Source: Clostridia bacterium
GTDB lineage: Bacteria; Bacillota; Clostridia; Oscillospirales; CAG-272
DNA: 64,000 nucleotides
Assembly (NCBI GenBank): GCA_017481495.1
Contig: JAFUPC010000024.1
Span: 10,790-74,789, forward strand
Direction of reading: 5' to 3'
Of this stretch, positions 1-9,688 are shown in pieces (the stretch's first letter is position 1; the number at the start of each line of letters is the position of its first letter). The notes under the pieces are model-generated. The model was not told the origin of the DNA and searched no databases. It was given only the letters and a program-made list of their open reading frames with translations. Both the position numbers and the translations under genes were made by a program.

Positions 1-14
1 CGGCATTACAAGCA

Positions 15-383
15 ATGCCCTCTGACCCCAAGGAAGCGGAAGCGATGCTCCGGTCTTTGCAGGCGAAAAAGAAGTTCCCCGGACTTCTCGGCATTGCAAA
101 GAAAGCGGGCAAGGTCATCGCCGGCACCAATCTGACCGCCGAAGCCGTCCGTTCCGGCGCACCCGCTAAGATGCCGCACGCGGTCTTTGTAGCGTGCGAT
201 GCCTCCGAAAACACGAAAAAACGCATCACCAACTGCTGCACCTATTATGAGGTTCCCTTTTACGAAATTCCTCTTGATACCGCTTCTGTGGGAAATGCCA
301 TCGGCAAAAGCGGCAGTATCTCCGTTGTCGGCGTAACGGACAGAGGGCTTGCCGATGCCCTTGTGAAGCTCATCAAAGAATAA
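15..383 (+). CDS. ylxQ: L7Ae/YlxQ-family ribosomal-protein-like RNA-binding protein
   Basis: 122-aa ORF immediately upstream of infB, the conserved nusA-ylxR-ylxQ-infB position in Firmicutes. KKAGKVIAGTN...VFVACDASENTKKRI resembles the L7Ae/L30e family. Confidence 0.75.
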   Translation: MPSDPKEAEAMLRSLQAKKKFPGLLGIAKKAGKVIAGTNLTAEAVRSGAPAKMPHAVFVACDASENTKKRITNCCTYYEVPFYEIPLDTASVGNAIGKSGSISVVGVTDRGLADALVKLIKE

Positions 384-461
384 GTTATATGATATTGTAA
401 GAAAGTCGCTTGGACGCATTCAAAGGGTACGGACAAAAACGGTGTCTGTATCCGGAAAGGA

Positions 462-3400
462 ATGAGAAGATACATGATCAATACCCCCAACAGTCGTATT
501 ACCAATATGGCCAAGGATTTCGGTGTCAGAAGCAAAACGATTCTCGACATTCTGGAGTCCAACGGGATTGCGGGCTATAAGAACAACGCAGTCCTCTCGC
601 CCGACGAATACGGGCTTGTACTGGAAGCGCTGACGCGCGAAAGCCAGATCACCAACATGACACAGTACCTCGCCGGTGAGGTTGACATTCCGAGAACCGA
701 AGCAAAGAAAGACACCGCAAAAACAGAATCGGAAAAACCGAAATCCGCGAAGACAAAGACCGAAAAGCCGAAGACGAATACTCCGGCAACGGAGGTTCCC
801 AAAGCAGAAGAAATACCCGCCGCAAAGGTGCCGGAAACCAAAGCGCCCGAAGCGGAACCCGCAAAGGCAGACAGTTCTGCTAATACAGAACCTGCCAAAG
901 CAGAAGAACCCGTAAAGGCAGAACCTGCCCCGGCGGCACCCAAAACAGCAGAAAATACAGCGAAAGCAGAACAGACAGAGAAGGCAGAGCCTGTGAAGAC
1001 TGAAAACAACGTGAAAAACAACAGAGAAGAAACCACCGCGGACACGCAGAAGCAGCCCGTGCAGTTCCGCCCCAACACCAACCAGAAGCCGCAGAATGGA
1101 GACCGCGGCGGCAACAGAAACGGTCAGAACGGAGAACGCCGTGACCGCTCCCAGAACAACGACCGTCAGCAGAACAACGGACAGAACCGTCCGCAGAACG
1201 GCGAACGCCGCGACCGTCCGCAAAATGCTGACCGTCCGATGGGAGACCGTCCCCAGAATGGAGACCGTCAGCAGAACACAGACCGTCAGAACGGTCAGAA
1301 CCGGTTCGGTCAGGGCGACCGCAATCAGAATGACCGGAACGGTCAGAGAAACGGCGGCAATCGCGGCGACCGCGGCTACACCCCGCGCGATGATGACCGC
1401 GATCCCAAGGAAGGACGTCCGACGTTCCGCACGGCAGCTCCCAAGCCCGCACAGCCTGCGGCAACGAGCTATTCCAAGCCCGCGGCGACCGGCGGTTCCA
1501 CCCGTGTCATCGACACACGCGGTGCGGACAGCCACGTCGATCTTTCCAAGTATGACGAAAAGCTCGACACGCTCGTTCCGGATGCTGCAAAGGATCTCTC
1601 CGGACAGAAGCAGAAGCTGAAGAAGCAGAACAACCAGCAGCAGTTCGGCAAGAAGAAGCACGGCGACAAGGAACGTGCGGCGATGGACAAGATGCGCCGC
1701 GACCAGCAGGAAAAGGCGAAGAAGCAGCAGCTGAACGTCACGATCCCCGAAGAGCTTCAGGTCAACGAGCTTGCCGCTCTGCTCCATGTCACCAACGCCG
1801 AAATCGTCAAGAAGCTGATGCTCCTCGGCATCATGGCAAGTGTCAACCAGGTCATCGACTATGACACCGCGGCGCTGATCGCCGACGAATTCGGTGCAAA
1901 GGTCACAAAGGAAGTCGTTGTGACGATCGAAGAGCGCCTGTTTGAAGAAGAAGCCGACCGGGAAGAAGACCTCGTCACCCGTGCGCCTGTCGTCTGTGTC
2001 ATGGGTCACGTCGACCACGGCAAGACCTCCCTGCTCGATGCCATCCGTGACACCAATGTCACCGCAGGCGAAGCCGGCGGCATCACGCAGGCCATCGGTG
2101 CGTACCGTGTCCAAATCAACGGTCGTGACATCACGTTCCTTGACACGCCCGGTCACGAAGCGTTCACCGCCATGCGTGCGCGCGGTGCAAAGTCCACCGA
2201 TATTGCCATCCTCGTTGTCGCAGCGGACGACGGCATCATGCCGCAGACCGTGGAAGCCATCAACCACGCAAAAGCCGCAGACATTCCGATCATCGTTGCC
2301 ATCAACAAGATGGATAAGCCGCACGCGAATCCCGACATGGTCAAGCAGAGCCTGACCAACTACGAGCTGGTTCCCGAAGAATGGGGCGGCGACACCATCT
2401 GCGTGCCCGTTTCCGCGCTGACCCACAAGGGTATTGACGAGCTTCTGGAAATGGTTCTGCTCGTTGCCGACATGAAGGAACTCAAAGCAAACCCAATGCG
2501 CCGCGCAAAGGGTCTGGTTCTCGAATCCCGTCTTGACAAGGGCCGCGGCCCCGTTGCTTCCCTGCTCGTACAGACCGGTACGCTCCATGCGGGCGATGTT
2601 CTGATCGCAGGCACTGCTGTCGGCCGTGTCCGCGCGATGATGAACGACAAGGGTCGCACCATCAAGGAAGCCGGTCCGTCCGTTCCGGTCGAGATCACCG
2701 GTCTTGCGGAAATCCCGCAGGCAGGCGACGAATTTGCCGTTGTCTCCGACGAACGCATGGCAAGAGAGCTTGCCGAACAGCGCCGCGATCAGCAGAAAGA
2801 AGAAGTCTTCAAGGCGACCGCACGCGCGAACCTCGACACACTGTTTGCACAGATCAAAGAAGGTGTCAAAGACCTCAACATCATCATCAAGGCCGACGTT
2901 GCCGGTTCCGTGGAAGCGGTCAAGGCATCGCTTGTCAAGCTTTCCAACGAAGAAGTCAAGGTCAACGTCATCCACACTGCTGTCGGCGGCATCACGGAAA
3001 ACGACGTAATGCTTGCCGCCGCCTCCAACGCCATCATCATCGGCTTTGCCGTCCGTCCCGACAAGAGCGCACTCGACTCCGCCGCCACGCAGGGTGTTGA
3101 AATCCGCACCTACCGCATCATCTACGAATGCATCGAAGAAGTCGAAGCGGCAATGAAGGGTATGCTCGCGCCCGAATTCCGCGAAGCACTGCTCGGTCAC
3201 GCCGAAGTCCGTCAGACCATTCACGTTCCGAACGTCGGCACGATCGCCGGTTCCTATATTCTGGACGGCAAGGTCACGCGCCAGTCCCAGATCCGTATCG
3301 TCCGCGACGGTATCGTCATCTTTGAAGACGCGATTTCCTCCCTCAAGCGCTTCAAGGACGATGCCAAGGAAGTCGTTCAGGGCTACGAATGCGGTATCGG

Positions 3401-3476
3401 TCTCGAACGCTTCAACGACATCAAGGAAGGCGACATTCTGGAAGCGTTTATTATGGAAGAGGTTAAGAGAGGGTAA
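462..3476 (+). CDS. infB: Translation initiation factor IF-2
   Basis: 1004-aa ORF. GTPase motifs [22 protein letters not shown] and NKMD, plus the conserved C-terminal domains. Start is ambiguous (ATG 462 or ATG 474). Long low-complexity N-terminal region. Confidence 0.97.
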   Translation: MRRYMINTPNSRITNMAKDFGVRSKTILDILESNGIAGYKNNAVLSPDEYGLVLEALTRESQITNMTQYLAGEVDIPRTEAKKDTAKTESEKPKSAKTKTEKPKTNTPATEVPKAEEIPAAKVPETKAPEAEPAKADSSANTEPAKAEEPVKAEPAPAAPKTAENTAKAEQTEKAEPVKTENNVKNNREETTADTQKQPVQFRPNTNQKPQNGDRGGNRNGQNGERRDRSQNNDRQQNNGQNRPQNGERRDRPQNADRPMGDRPQNGDRQQNTDRQNGQNRFGQGDRNQNDRNGQRNGGNRGDRGYTPRDDDRDPKEGRPTFRTAAPKPAQPAATSYSKPAATGGSTRVIDTRGADSHVDLSKYDEKLDTLVPDAAKDLSGQKQKLKKQNNQQQFGKKKHGDKERAAMDKMRRDQQEKAKKQQLNVTIPEELQVNELAALLHVTNAEIVKKLMLLGIMASVNQVIDYDTAALIADEFGAKVTKEVVVTIEERLFEEEADREEDLVTRAPVVCVMGHVDHGKTSLLDAIRDTNVTAGEAGGITQAIGAYRVQINGRDITFLDTPGHEAFTAMRARGAKSTDIAILVVAADDGIMPQTVEAINHAKAADIPIIVAINKMDKPHANPDMVKQSLTNYELVPEEWGGDTICVPVSALTHKGIDELLEMVLLVADMKELKANPMRRAKGLVLESRLDKGRGPVASLLVQTGTLHAGDVLIAGTAVGRVRAMMNDKGRTIKEAGPSVPVEITGLAEIPQAGDEFAVVSDERMARELAEQRRDQQKEEVFKATARANLDTLFAQIKEGVKDLNIIIKADVAGSVEAVKASLVKLSNEEVKVNVIHTAVGGITENDVMLAAASNAIIIGFAVRPDKSALDSAATQGVEIRTYRIIYECIEEVEAAMKGMLAPEFREALLGHAEVRQTIHVPNVGTIAGSYILDGKVTRQSQIRIVRDGIVIFEDAISSLKRFKDDAKEVVQGYECGIGLERFNDIKEGDILEAFIMEEVKRG
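690..1380 (+). repeat. Low-complexity coding repeats in the IF-2 N-terminal region (PAKAE-rich, then DRQ/N/G-rich)
   Basis: Translation shows reiterated KAEEP/AKAE units followed by many [18 protein letters not shown] units. All frames on both strands are open here because of the compositional bias. Confidence 0.8.
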
Positions 3477-3488
3477 GGTTATTACACC

Positions 3489-3591
3489 TGTAGGGGCACC
3501 CATTGGGCGTCCGCGGATCACCGCTGCGCGGTGATGTACCTCATCCACCGTTGGGTCCCTGCCCAACGGTCCCCCTTCCCCAAGGGGAAGG
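3489..3591. repeat. Hairpin-array repeat element (solo TGTAGGGG end) in the infB 3' region
   Basis: TGTAGGGGCACCCATTGGGCGTCC (23/24 match to the reverse complement of 58941-58964) is followed by hairpins ATCACCGC-TGC-GCGGTGAT, ACCGTTGGG-n6-CCCAACGGT and CCTTCCCC-AA-GGGGAAGG. Confidence 0.75.
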
Positions 3592-3639
3592 TTTTCGGTA
3601 AGAACCTTTTCGCTGATATTCTTGCTAAAAGCTACCCCC

Positions 3640-3672
3640 GAGCCGCCGCGTATGCGGCGGCTCTTTGTATCT
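3640..3672 (+). terminator. Rho-independent terminator candidate after infB
   Basis: GAGCCGCCGC-GTAT-GCGGCGGCTC perfect 10-bp stem followed by TTTGTATCTT. Confidence 0.6.
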
Positions 3673-3695
3673 TATCATATTATAAAGGATCTGTC

Positions 3696-5711
3696 ATGTC
3701 AAACACAACCGATTTTCTCCCCGTCTCCTATGACGATATGACGGCGCGCGGATGGGATGCGCCGGACTTTGTGTATGTGTGCGGCGATGCCTATGTGGAT
3801 CACCCGTCGTTCGGTGCGGCGATCATTTCGCGCGTGCTGGAGGCAAAGGGCTACCGCGTTGCGATGCTGTGTCAGCCGGATTACACGTCCTGCGACGATT
3901 TCCGGCGGTTCGGACGTCCGCGGCTCGGCTTTCTCGTATCCTCGGGCAACATCGACTCGATGGTCGCGCACTACACAGCGGCAAAGCGTCGCCGCAATTA
4001 CGACTATTATTCCCCCGGCGGAAAAATGGGGAACCGTCCCGACCGCGCGGTCATTGTCTACTGCAACCGCATCCGCGAAGCGTATGGGGATGTACCGATC
4101 ATCCTGGGCGGTCTGGAAGCGTCCCTGCGGCGGTTTGCGCATTACGACTACTGGGACGACCGTGTCCGCCGCTCGATCCTCGTCGATTCCCGAGCGGACA
4201 TTCTGACCTACGGCATGGGGGAAGCCATTCTCATCCGGCTGGCGGAGCTGCTCGACCGCGGCATTCCGGTCAAAAAGATCCGCGACGTGCGCGGAACGGT
4301 GTATCTGTGCCGCCCGGAAGACAAACTCAATTACGACCACGTCGGCGGCTGGAATTACGACGATCTGAAAACCGACAAGCGGCTGTATGCGGAAGCGTTT
4401 GCGGAGCAGTACCGCAACCAGGATTCCGTGAACGGCAAAGCGATCGTCGAATACTACGACGGCAAAATGCTGGTGCAGAACCCGCCGATGCCGCCCCTGG
4501 AGCGGGAAATGCTCGACTGGGTATACAGTCTTCCCTATCAGCGCACCTATCACCCGATGTACGAGCATGACGGCGGTATTCCCGGCATTGCCGAGGTGCA
4601 GTTTTCCCTTACCCACAACCGCGGCTGTTTCGGCGGATGCAATTTCTGCGCGCTGGCGTTCCACCAAGGGCGGACGGTGCGCAGTCGAAGCATTGAAAGC
4701 GTTGTTGCGGAAGCGAAGAAGATCACGGAGCTGCCCGGCTTCAAGGGATATATCCACGATGTCGGAGGGCCGACGGCGAATTTCCGGTATCCCGCGTGCG
4801 AAAAGCAATTAAAGGACGGGGTCTGTCCCAACCGCAAGTGTCTTGCGCCCACGCCGTGCAAAAACATGGTTGCCGACCACACAGAATATATTGAACTGCT
4901 GTCGGAAATCGAAAAGCTTCCGCGCGTGAAGCGAGTCTTCATCCGTTCCGGCATCCGGTTCGACTATCTGTTGGCGGACGAGCATTCGGGCGATGCGTTC
5001 TTCAAAAAGCTGGTACGCGACCATGTATCGGGTCAGCTGAAGGTCGCACCCGAGCACTGCGCGCCGAACGTTCTGCGCAAGATGGGCAAGCCGGACATCG
5101 AAGTCTTTGAGAAGTTCAAAAAGCGCTATTTTGAGCTGTCCGCCGCGTGCGGAAAGGAACAGTATCTGGTGCCGTATCTGATGTCCTCGCATCCCGGCAG
5201 TACGCTGAACGAAGCGGTAGAGCTTGCACTGTATCTGAAAAAGTGGAACTATTCGCCCGAGCAGGTGCAGGATTACTATCCGACCCCCGGTACGGCATCG
5301 ACGGTCATGTTCTACACCGGGCTTGACCCGTTCACGATGAAAGAAGTTTTCGTTCCGACCGATTATGAAGAAAAGCAAATGCAGCGCGCCCTGCTCCAAT
5401 ACAAAAAGCCGGAAAACGCCGACCTTGTGCGCCGGGCGCTTGTGAAATGCGGACGGGAAGATCTCATCGGGTTCGGAAAAGAATGTCTGGTGCGGCCGGC
5501 GGCAGGGCATACTGCCGGGAATCATTCTGCGGCAGGACATCATTCCGGCGGAAATCATTCCGGTGGGAATCATTCCGGTGGGAACCGTCAGGCATCCTCG
5601 CGGAAACCGTCTTCCGGGAATGCGGGAGCGACGGTGCAGAAATCGTCCGCGGGTTCCAGAAAGGGCTGGGCGAAGGCGAAGCCGAAGGGGAAAGGGACGA
5701 AGAAGAAGTGA
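3696..5711 (+). CDS. ygiQ: YgiQ-family (UPF0313) radical SAM protein
   Basis: N-terminus LPVSYDDMTARGWDAPDFVYVCGDAYVDHPSFGAAIISRVLEAKGYRV is typical of YgiQ. Radical SAM cluster CFGGCNFC is present. ATG 3696 is preceded by AAAGGA; the upstream extension from 3531 runs through the repeat element and is rejected. Confidence 0.9.
   Translation: MSNTTDFLPVSYDDMTARGWDAPDFVYVCGDAYVDHPSFGAAIISRVLEAKGYRVAMLCQPDYTSCDDFRRFGRPRLGFLVSSGNIDSMVAHYTAAKRRRNYDYYSPGGKMGNRPDRAVIVYCNRIREAYGDVPIILGGLEASLRRFAHYDYWDDRVRRSILVDSRADILTYGMGEAILIRLAELLDRGIPVKKIRDVRGTVYLCRPEDKLNYDHVGGWNYDDLKTDKRLYAEAFAEQYRNQDSVNGKAIVEYYDGKMLVQNPPMPPLEREMLDWVYSLPYQRTYHPMYEHDGGIPGIAEVQFSLTHNRGCFGGCNFCALAFHQGRTVRSRSIESVVAEAKKITELPGFKGYIHDVGGPTANFRYPACEKQLKDGVCPNRKCLAPTPCKNMVADHTEYIELLSEIEKLPRVKRVFIRSGIRFDYLLADEHSGDAFFKKLVRDHVSGQLKVAPEHCAPNVLRKMGKPDIEVFEKFKKRYFELSAACGKEQYLVPYLMSSHPGSTLNEAVELALYLKKWNYSPEQVQDYYPTPGTASTVMFYTGLDPFTMKEVFVPTDYEEKQMQRALLQYKKPENADLVRRALVKCGREDLIGFGKECLVRPAAGHTAGNHSAAGHHSGGNHSGGNHSGGNRQASSRKPSSGNAGATVQKSSAGSRKGWAKAKPKGKGTKKK
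5514..5585 (+). repeat. 15-bp tandem coding repeat (GGNHS pentapeptide units) in the YgiQ tail
   Basis: GGCGGAAATCATTCC / GGTGGGAATCATTCC / GGTGGGAAC preceded by two degenerate units; translates as AGNHSAAGHHSGGNHSGGNHSGGN. Confidence 0.85.
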
Positions 5712-5750
5712 TGGCGGTGACGGTGTCGATTTAAGGACGACGATGTTAAT

Positions 5751-5816
5751 GTTGTATTACGCTGTGCGAACATTTGCATCATGCTATACAAACCGAGGTT
5801 TTGTAGGGGTGCCCAT
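5751..5816. repeat. Repeat-family module (GCTGTGCGAAC..TTTGCAT..AAACCGRGGTTTTGTAGGGG), copy A
   Basis: About 54 nt from 5761 aligns at about 87% identity with 9700-9753; both copies sit just after a stop codon. Confidence 0.8.
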
Positions 5817-5836
5817 TTTCTCCATATATAAAAAAC

Positions 5837-5890
5837 ACAGGCAGTCCCCGCTCTCACACGCAGGACTGCCTGTTCATTGTTTTCTTTCTT
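5837..5890 (+). terminator. Rho-independent terminator candidate after ygiQ
   Basis: ACAGGCAGTCC-n15-GGACTGCCTGT 11-bp stem followed by TCATTGTTTTCTTTCTT. Confidence 0.6.
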
Positions 5891-6070
5891 CTTAATAATG
5901 ATACTTTCCGCGCAGTTTCCAAAGACATCCGGCGGACATGACATACACATGGCATCCATTATAATACAAAAACCCTATTTTCTCAAGAGCCGCACGGCGG
6001 ATTCCTCCGCCTTTCTCCGATAACAGCTTCGCCTGACATCTTCCCACGCAATTTATTCATGCGAAAACGA

Positions 6071-6099
6071 TTGACTTTTCCCATGATTTCGTGTATAAT
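6071..6099 (+). promoter_or_regulatory. Sigma-A-type promoter for prfA operon
   Basis: TTGACT, 17-nt spacer, then TG-n-TATAAT (extended -10), 42 nt upstream of the prfA ATG. Confidence 0.6.
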
Positions 6100-6140
6100 A
6101 TTATGATAGATATGAAAAACACGGAAGGATTTGAACAAGA

Positions 6141-7238
6141 ATGACCCTCTCCCTTTTGGAACGCTGTCGGGAACCGGCACTCCGGTATGCCGCCATTGAG
6201 ATGGAACTGCAGCAGCCGGACACCGTCGCGGATGCCGCGCGTTATCTTGCACGGATGCGGGAATACCGCGCGCTTGCGCCCATTGCCGATGCGTATGCCG
6301 CGTATACCGAAGCACAGAAGACGATGACGGAAGCGAAGCTGTTACTGGATGAAGCGGAAGCGGACGGCGATGACGGACTGTCCGCGCTTGCCCGCGAGGA
6401 GCTTACCCATGCAAACGAAACGGTCGAACGGCTGGAACGCGAGCTGACCGTTTTGCTTCTGCCGCGCGACGAGGACGACGACCGTTCCGTCATTATGGAG
6501 ATCCGCGCAGGTGCGGGCGGCGAGGAAGCCGCGCTGTTTGCCGCGAATCTTTATCGGATGTACCGGATGTACGCCGAGCACGCCGGGTGGAGCATTTCCG
6601 TGGTTTCCATAAACGACACGGAGTTGGGCGGCATCAAGGAAATCTCGTTCTTTGTGGAAGGAACGGGCGCGTTTTCCCGCTTCAAATATGAATCCGGCGT
6701 TCACCGCGTTCAGCGCGTACCGGAAACGGAATCGCAGGGACGCATCCAGACCTCCACGGCGACCGTTGCCGTTCTGCCGGAAATCGAAGACGTGGAAATC
6801 GACATTCCTCCCTCTGACATCAAAATGGAATCGTGCAAATCGTCGGGTGCGGGCGGTCAGCACATCAACAAAACGGAATCCGCCGTCCGCATCACGCACC
6901 TGCCGACCGGCATTGTCGTCGAATGTCAGGAGGAGCGCAGTCAGTTCAAGAACCGCGACAAGGCGATGAAAATGCTGAAAGCGAAGCTTTACGAAATGGA
7001 AAAAACCAAGCGCGACACCGAACGCGCCGATGCCAGAAAATCCCAGATTGGCTCGGGCGACCGCAGTGAGAAGATCCGCACCTACAACTTCCCCCAGCGG
7101 CGCGTGACCGACCACCGCATCGGTCTGACCCTCTACACGCTGGAAGACATCCTGAACGGCGATCTTGACGCGGTCATCGGCCCCTTGACCGAGGCGGACA
7201 TCGCGCGGAAACTGGAAGAAAGCGAGGAACACGCATAA
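6141..7238 (+). CDS. prfA: Peptide chain release factor 1
   Basis: GGQ motif (SSGAGGQHINKTESAVRITHLPTG) and an RF1-type RVPETESQGRIQTSTATVAVLPE segment; 365 aa. Confidence 0.95.
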   Translation: MTLSLLERCREPALRYAAIEMELQQPDTVADAARYLARMREYRALAPIADAYAAYTEAQKTMTEAKLLLDEAEADGDDGLSALAREELTHANETVERLERELTVLLLPRDEDDDRSVIMEIRAGAGGEEAALFAANLYRMYRMYAEHAGWSISVVSINDTELGGIKEISFFVEGTGAFSRFKYESGVHRVQRVPETESQGRIQTSTATVAVLPEIEDVEIDIPPSDIKMESCKSSGAGGQHINKTESAVRITHLPTGIVVECQEERSQFKNRDKAMKMLKAKLYEMEKTKRDTERADARKSQIGSGDRSEKIRTYNFPQRRVTDHRIGLTLYTLEDILNGDLDAVIGPLTEADIARKLEESEEHA

Positions 7239-8362
7239 TGGAAACACCGATTGCAACCGAAATCATCCCCGTCCGGGACGGAAAAAGTATAACGGAACAG
7301 GCAGATCTTGCCCGAGCGGCAGACTGCATCCGCCGCGGAGGACTGGTCGTGTTCCCGACGGAAACGGTCTACGGACTCGGCGGAAACGCGCTGGATGCCG
7401 AAGCGGCAAAGCACATCTACGCCGCAAAGGGCCGTCCGTCCGACAATCCGCTCATCATTCACATCGCGGATGTGGACTGGGCGGAAGAATACTGCCACAC
7501 GAACGAACTGTTCTACCGTCTCGCCTGCGCGTTCTGGCCGGGGCCGCTGACGATGATCATGAAAAAGCGGGACTGCATTCCCGCCTCCGTCACTGGGGGA
7601 CTGGAAACGGTCGCTGTCCGTCTGCCCTCCGACCCGGTCGCAAACGCGCTCATCCGTCTGTCGGGGGTTCCAATCGCCGCGCCCAGCGCGAATCTGTCCG
7701 GTCATCCGTCGCCGACGACAAAGGAACACGTCATCCACGACCTCTCGGGGCGCGTGGATATGATTCTGGCGGGCGAACCGTCGGAAATTGGCCTTGAATC
7801 CACGGTCATCAAGGTGGAAGACGACCGGGTCTTTCTGCTCCGTCCGGGGGCTGTGACATACGAAGACCTCTGCGCGCTGCTCGGGGAAGACCACGTTGTC
7901 GTTGACCGCATTGTCACCGAAAAGGTCACGGGCGACTTTGTTCCGATGTCTCCCGGCATGAAATACCGTCATTACGCGCCCAAAGCGCCTGTTCTGCTTC
8001 TGCACGGCACGGAGGACGAAATTCTTTCCTATATTCAGGAAAAAACAAAGGAGCCGGATGCCGGATTCCTGGTCTACGACGAAGATGCGCCGCTTCTGTC
8101 CGCAGTCTCCGCCCGCACCCTGACGATGGGACGGGGGGATGACCCCGCGATGCAGGCGCACCGGCTGTTTCTCTGCCTGCGGGCGTTTGACGAAATGCCG
8201 GACGTCGGCTGTATCTATGCACGCACGCCCTCCCGCGCGGGCATTGGTCTGGCGGTGTACAACCGTCTGGCAAAGGCGGCGGGATTCACCGTTGTGGAAT
8301 GTGGAAAAGCACCGGAAACGATGCCGGAGAAGCGGTCGGAGGGAGATTTGGCACATGAATAA
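7238..8362 (+). CDS. tsaC: L-threonylcarbamoyladenylate synthase, long Sua5/YwlC type
   Basis: VFPTETVYGLGGNALDAEAAKHIYAAKGRPSDNPLIIHI is the YrdC/Sua5 signature. At 374 aa it includes the C-terminal Sua5 domain. The ATG overlaps the prfA stop by 1 nt. Confidence 0.9.
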   Translation: METPIATEIIPVRDGKSITEQADLARAADCIRRGGLVVFPTETVYGLGGNALDAEAAKHIYAAKGRPSDNPLIIHIADVDWAEEYCHTNELFYRLACAFWPGPLTMIMKKRDCIPASVTGGLETVAVRLPSDPVANALIRLSGVPIAAPSANLSGHPSPTTKEHVIHDLSGRVDMILAGEPSEIGLESTVIKVEDDRVFLLRPGAVTYEDLCALLGEDHVVVDRIVTEKVTGDFVPMSPGMKYRHYAPKAPVLLLHGTEDEILSYIQEKTKEPDAGFLVYDEDAPLLSAVSARTLTMGRGDDPAMQAHRLFLCLRAFDEMPDVGCIYARTPSRAGIGLAVYNRLAKAAGFTVVECGKAPETMPEKRSEGDLAHE

Positions 8363-8987
8363 ACCGGCGTTTCAGATTCTCGGTCTGACGGGGCCGACCG
8401 GCGCGGGAAAAGGGGCGATTTCCGCCGTTCTCTCGGACTGCGGTATTCCCGTACTTGACACGGATGTTGTCAGCCGCATCGTCTACGAGCCGGGACAGCC
8501 GTGTCTTTCGGCACTTACCGCCGAATTCGGGACGGAAATTCTGCTTCCCGACGGCAATCTCGACCGCGCAAAGCTTGCCGCCCTTGTATTCGGGGAACCT
8601 GACCCCGAAAAAAAGAAAGAAAAGCTATCGTCGCTGAACCGCATCGCGCACCGATACATTCTTGCATACAGCCGGGACTGGCTTGCCGCGCAAAAAGCGG
8701 CGGGGTATTCTGCCGCGTGCATTGATGCACCGCAGCTGTTTGAGTCCGGGTTTGACCGGGAATGCGATTATATTATCGGTGTGACGGCGCAAAAAGAGAC
8801 CCGTATTGCGCGCATCATGGCGCGGGACGGTATCACGGAAGAAAAAACGCTTGCCCGCATCTCCGCCCAGCACGACGATGCGTTTTTTGCCCGGAACTGC
8901 GATGTACTGCTTGAAAACAACGGCTCAAAAGAAGCACTCACAGAACCGGTCAAAGACATTCTCCGGGCACGGGGACTGCTTTCATGA
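8355..8987 (+). CDS. coaE: Dephospho-CoA kinase
   Basis: ILGLTGPTGAGKGAIS P-loop at the N-terminus. ATG 8355 overlaps the tsaC end by 8 nt. The longer ORF from 8139 is an out-of-frame overlap with tsaC and is rejected. Confidence 0.9.
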   Translation: MNKPAFQILGLTGPTGAGKGAISAVLSDCGIPVLDTDVVSRIVYEPGQPCLSALTAEFGTEILLPDGNLDRAKLAALVFGEPDPEKKKEKLSSLNRIAHRYILAYSRDWLAAQKAAGYSAACIDAPQLFESGFDRECDYIIGVTAQKETRIARIMARDGITEEKTLARISAQHDDAFFARNCDVLLENNGSKEALTEPVKDILRARGLLS

Positions 8988-9685
8988 GCGACCGACCGTC
9001 GAACGGTATCCGAACGTCGGACACCAGCCGCACGGCAAGAAACCGGATGTGGCGGCGGCTTCACCGGCTGGCAGCGGTACTCTTATTGATTCCGGTTCTG
9101 CTGTTTGCCGCCCTCTGCATCGGGATCGCGCTCGATGAGGTGACGGTTCACATCTACAACAAATATTATCCGCGGAAATATATGGCGCTCGTCGAGCTTG
9201 CCTCCGAGCGGTGGGGTGTGCCGGAATCGGTCATCTACGGGGTCATCCACACGGAAAGCGGATTTGACGAAAACGCCGTTTCTCACGCGGGTGCCGTGGG
9301 GTTGATGCAGCTGACTGCGGACACCTACGACTGGATCTATTTCCTGCGCGGGGAGGACTGCGACCCCGAGACGATTTCCATGCCTGCCTACAACATTGAT
9401 GCCGGTGTCTATCTGCTTGCGTGGCTCTATGAACGCTACGGGCGGTGGGACACGGTCTATGCCGCCTACAACGCCGGTTACGCGCGTGTCAACGGGTGGC
9501 TGGAAGATGAAACGATCTCCTCCGACGGGGTGCTGGTGAACATTCCGATCAATGAAACGCGGAATTATGTATTACGGTGTGCGGAGGCGGAGGAAGTGTA
9601 TCGGACGTTTTATGCGGGAGACATAAACGGTGAACGTAGTTCACCCGCGAGCCGTGGGTCACCCGCGAGCCGTGGGTCACCGTAA
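8984..9685 (+). CDS. Membrane-anchored lytic transglycosylase (SLT domain)
   Basis: GVIHTESGFDENAVSHAGAVGLMQL SLT catalytic motif, N-terminal TM helix AAVLLLIPVLLFAALCIGIAL, and ATGA overlap with coaE. Confidence 0.85.
   Translation: MSDRPSNGIRTSDTSRTARNRMWRRLHRLAAVLLLIPVLLFAALCIGIALDEVTVHIYNKYYPRKYMALVELASERWGVPESVIYGVIHTESGFDENAVSHAGAVGLMQLTADTYDWIYFLRGEDCDPETISMPAYNIDAGVYLLAWLYERYGRWDTVYAAYNAGYARVNGWLEDETISSDGVLVNIPINETRNYVLRCAEAEEVYRTFYAGDINGERSSPASRGSPASRGSP
9641..9685 (+). repeat. 18-bp tandem repeat forming the SLT C-terminal tail
   Basis: TCACCCGCGAGCCGTGGG occurs twice, followed by partial TCACCGTAA; translated as SPASRGSPASRGSP-stop. Confidence 0.85.
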
Positions 9686-9688
9686 TGA

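Noticed and set aside
420-3566. Very long antisense ORFs: 1048 aa opposite infB. Similar cases are 10021-11556, 15848-17014, 23025-24368, 40262-41965, 45303-46892, 51994-54042, 55151-56350 and 60303-62303, opposite the other well-supported genes.
   Set aside because: For the two pairs I checked (infB and glyQS), the antisense codons are in exact register with the sense codons. Stops would therefore appear only where the sense gene uses TTA, CTA or TCA, which this high-GC3 genome avoids. The translations are low-complexity (R/G/V/D/A-rich) with no motifs, while the sense strands carry unmistakable conserved proteins. These are shadow ORFs, not overlapping genes.
3531-3695. N-terminal extensions of several ORFs in the track: ygiQ from 3531, coaE from 8139, DUF4838 from 12897, SBP from 31509, acyltransferase from 44297, blaI from 54802, methyltransferase from 59013, sigma from 60033, ppiB from 50143.
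   Set aside because: The extensions run through repeat elements, promoters or the preceding gene. Internal ATGs with proper AGGAGG-type RBS coincide with the conserved N-termini, lipoboxes or signal peptides.
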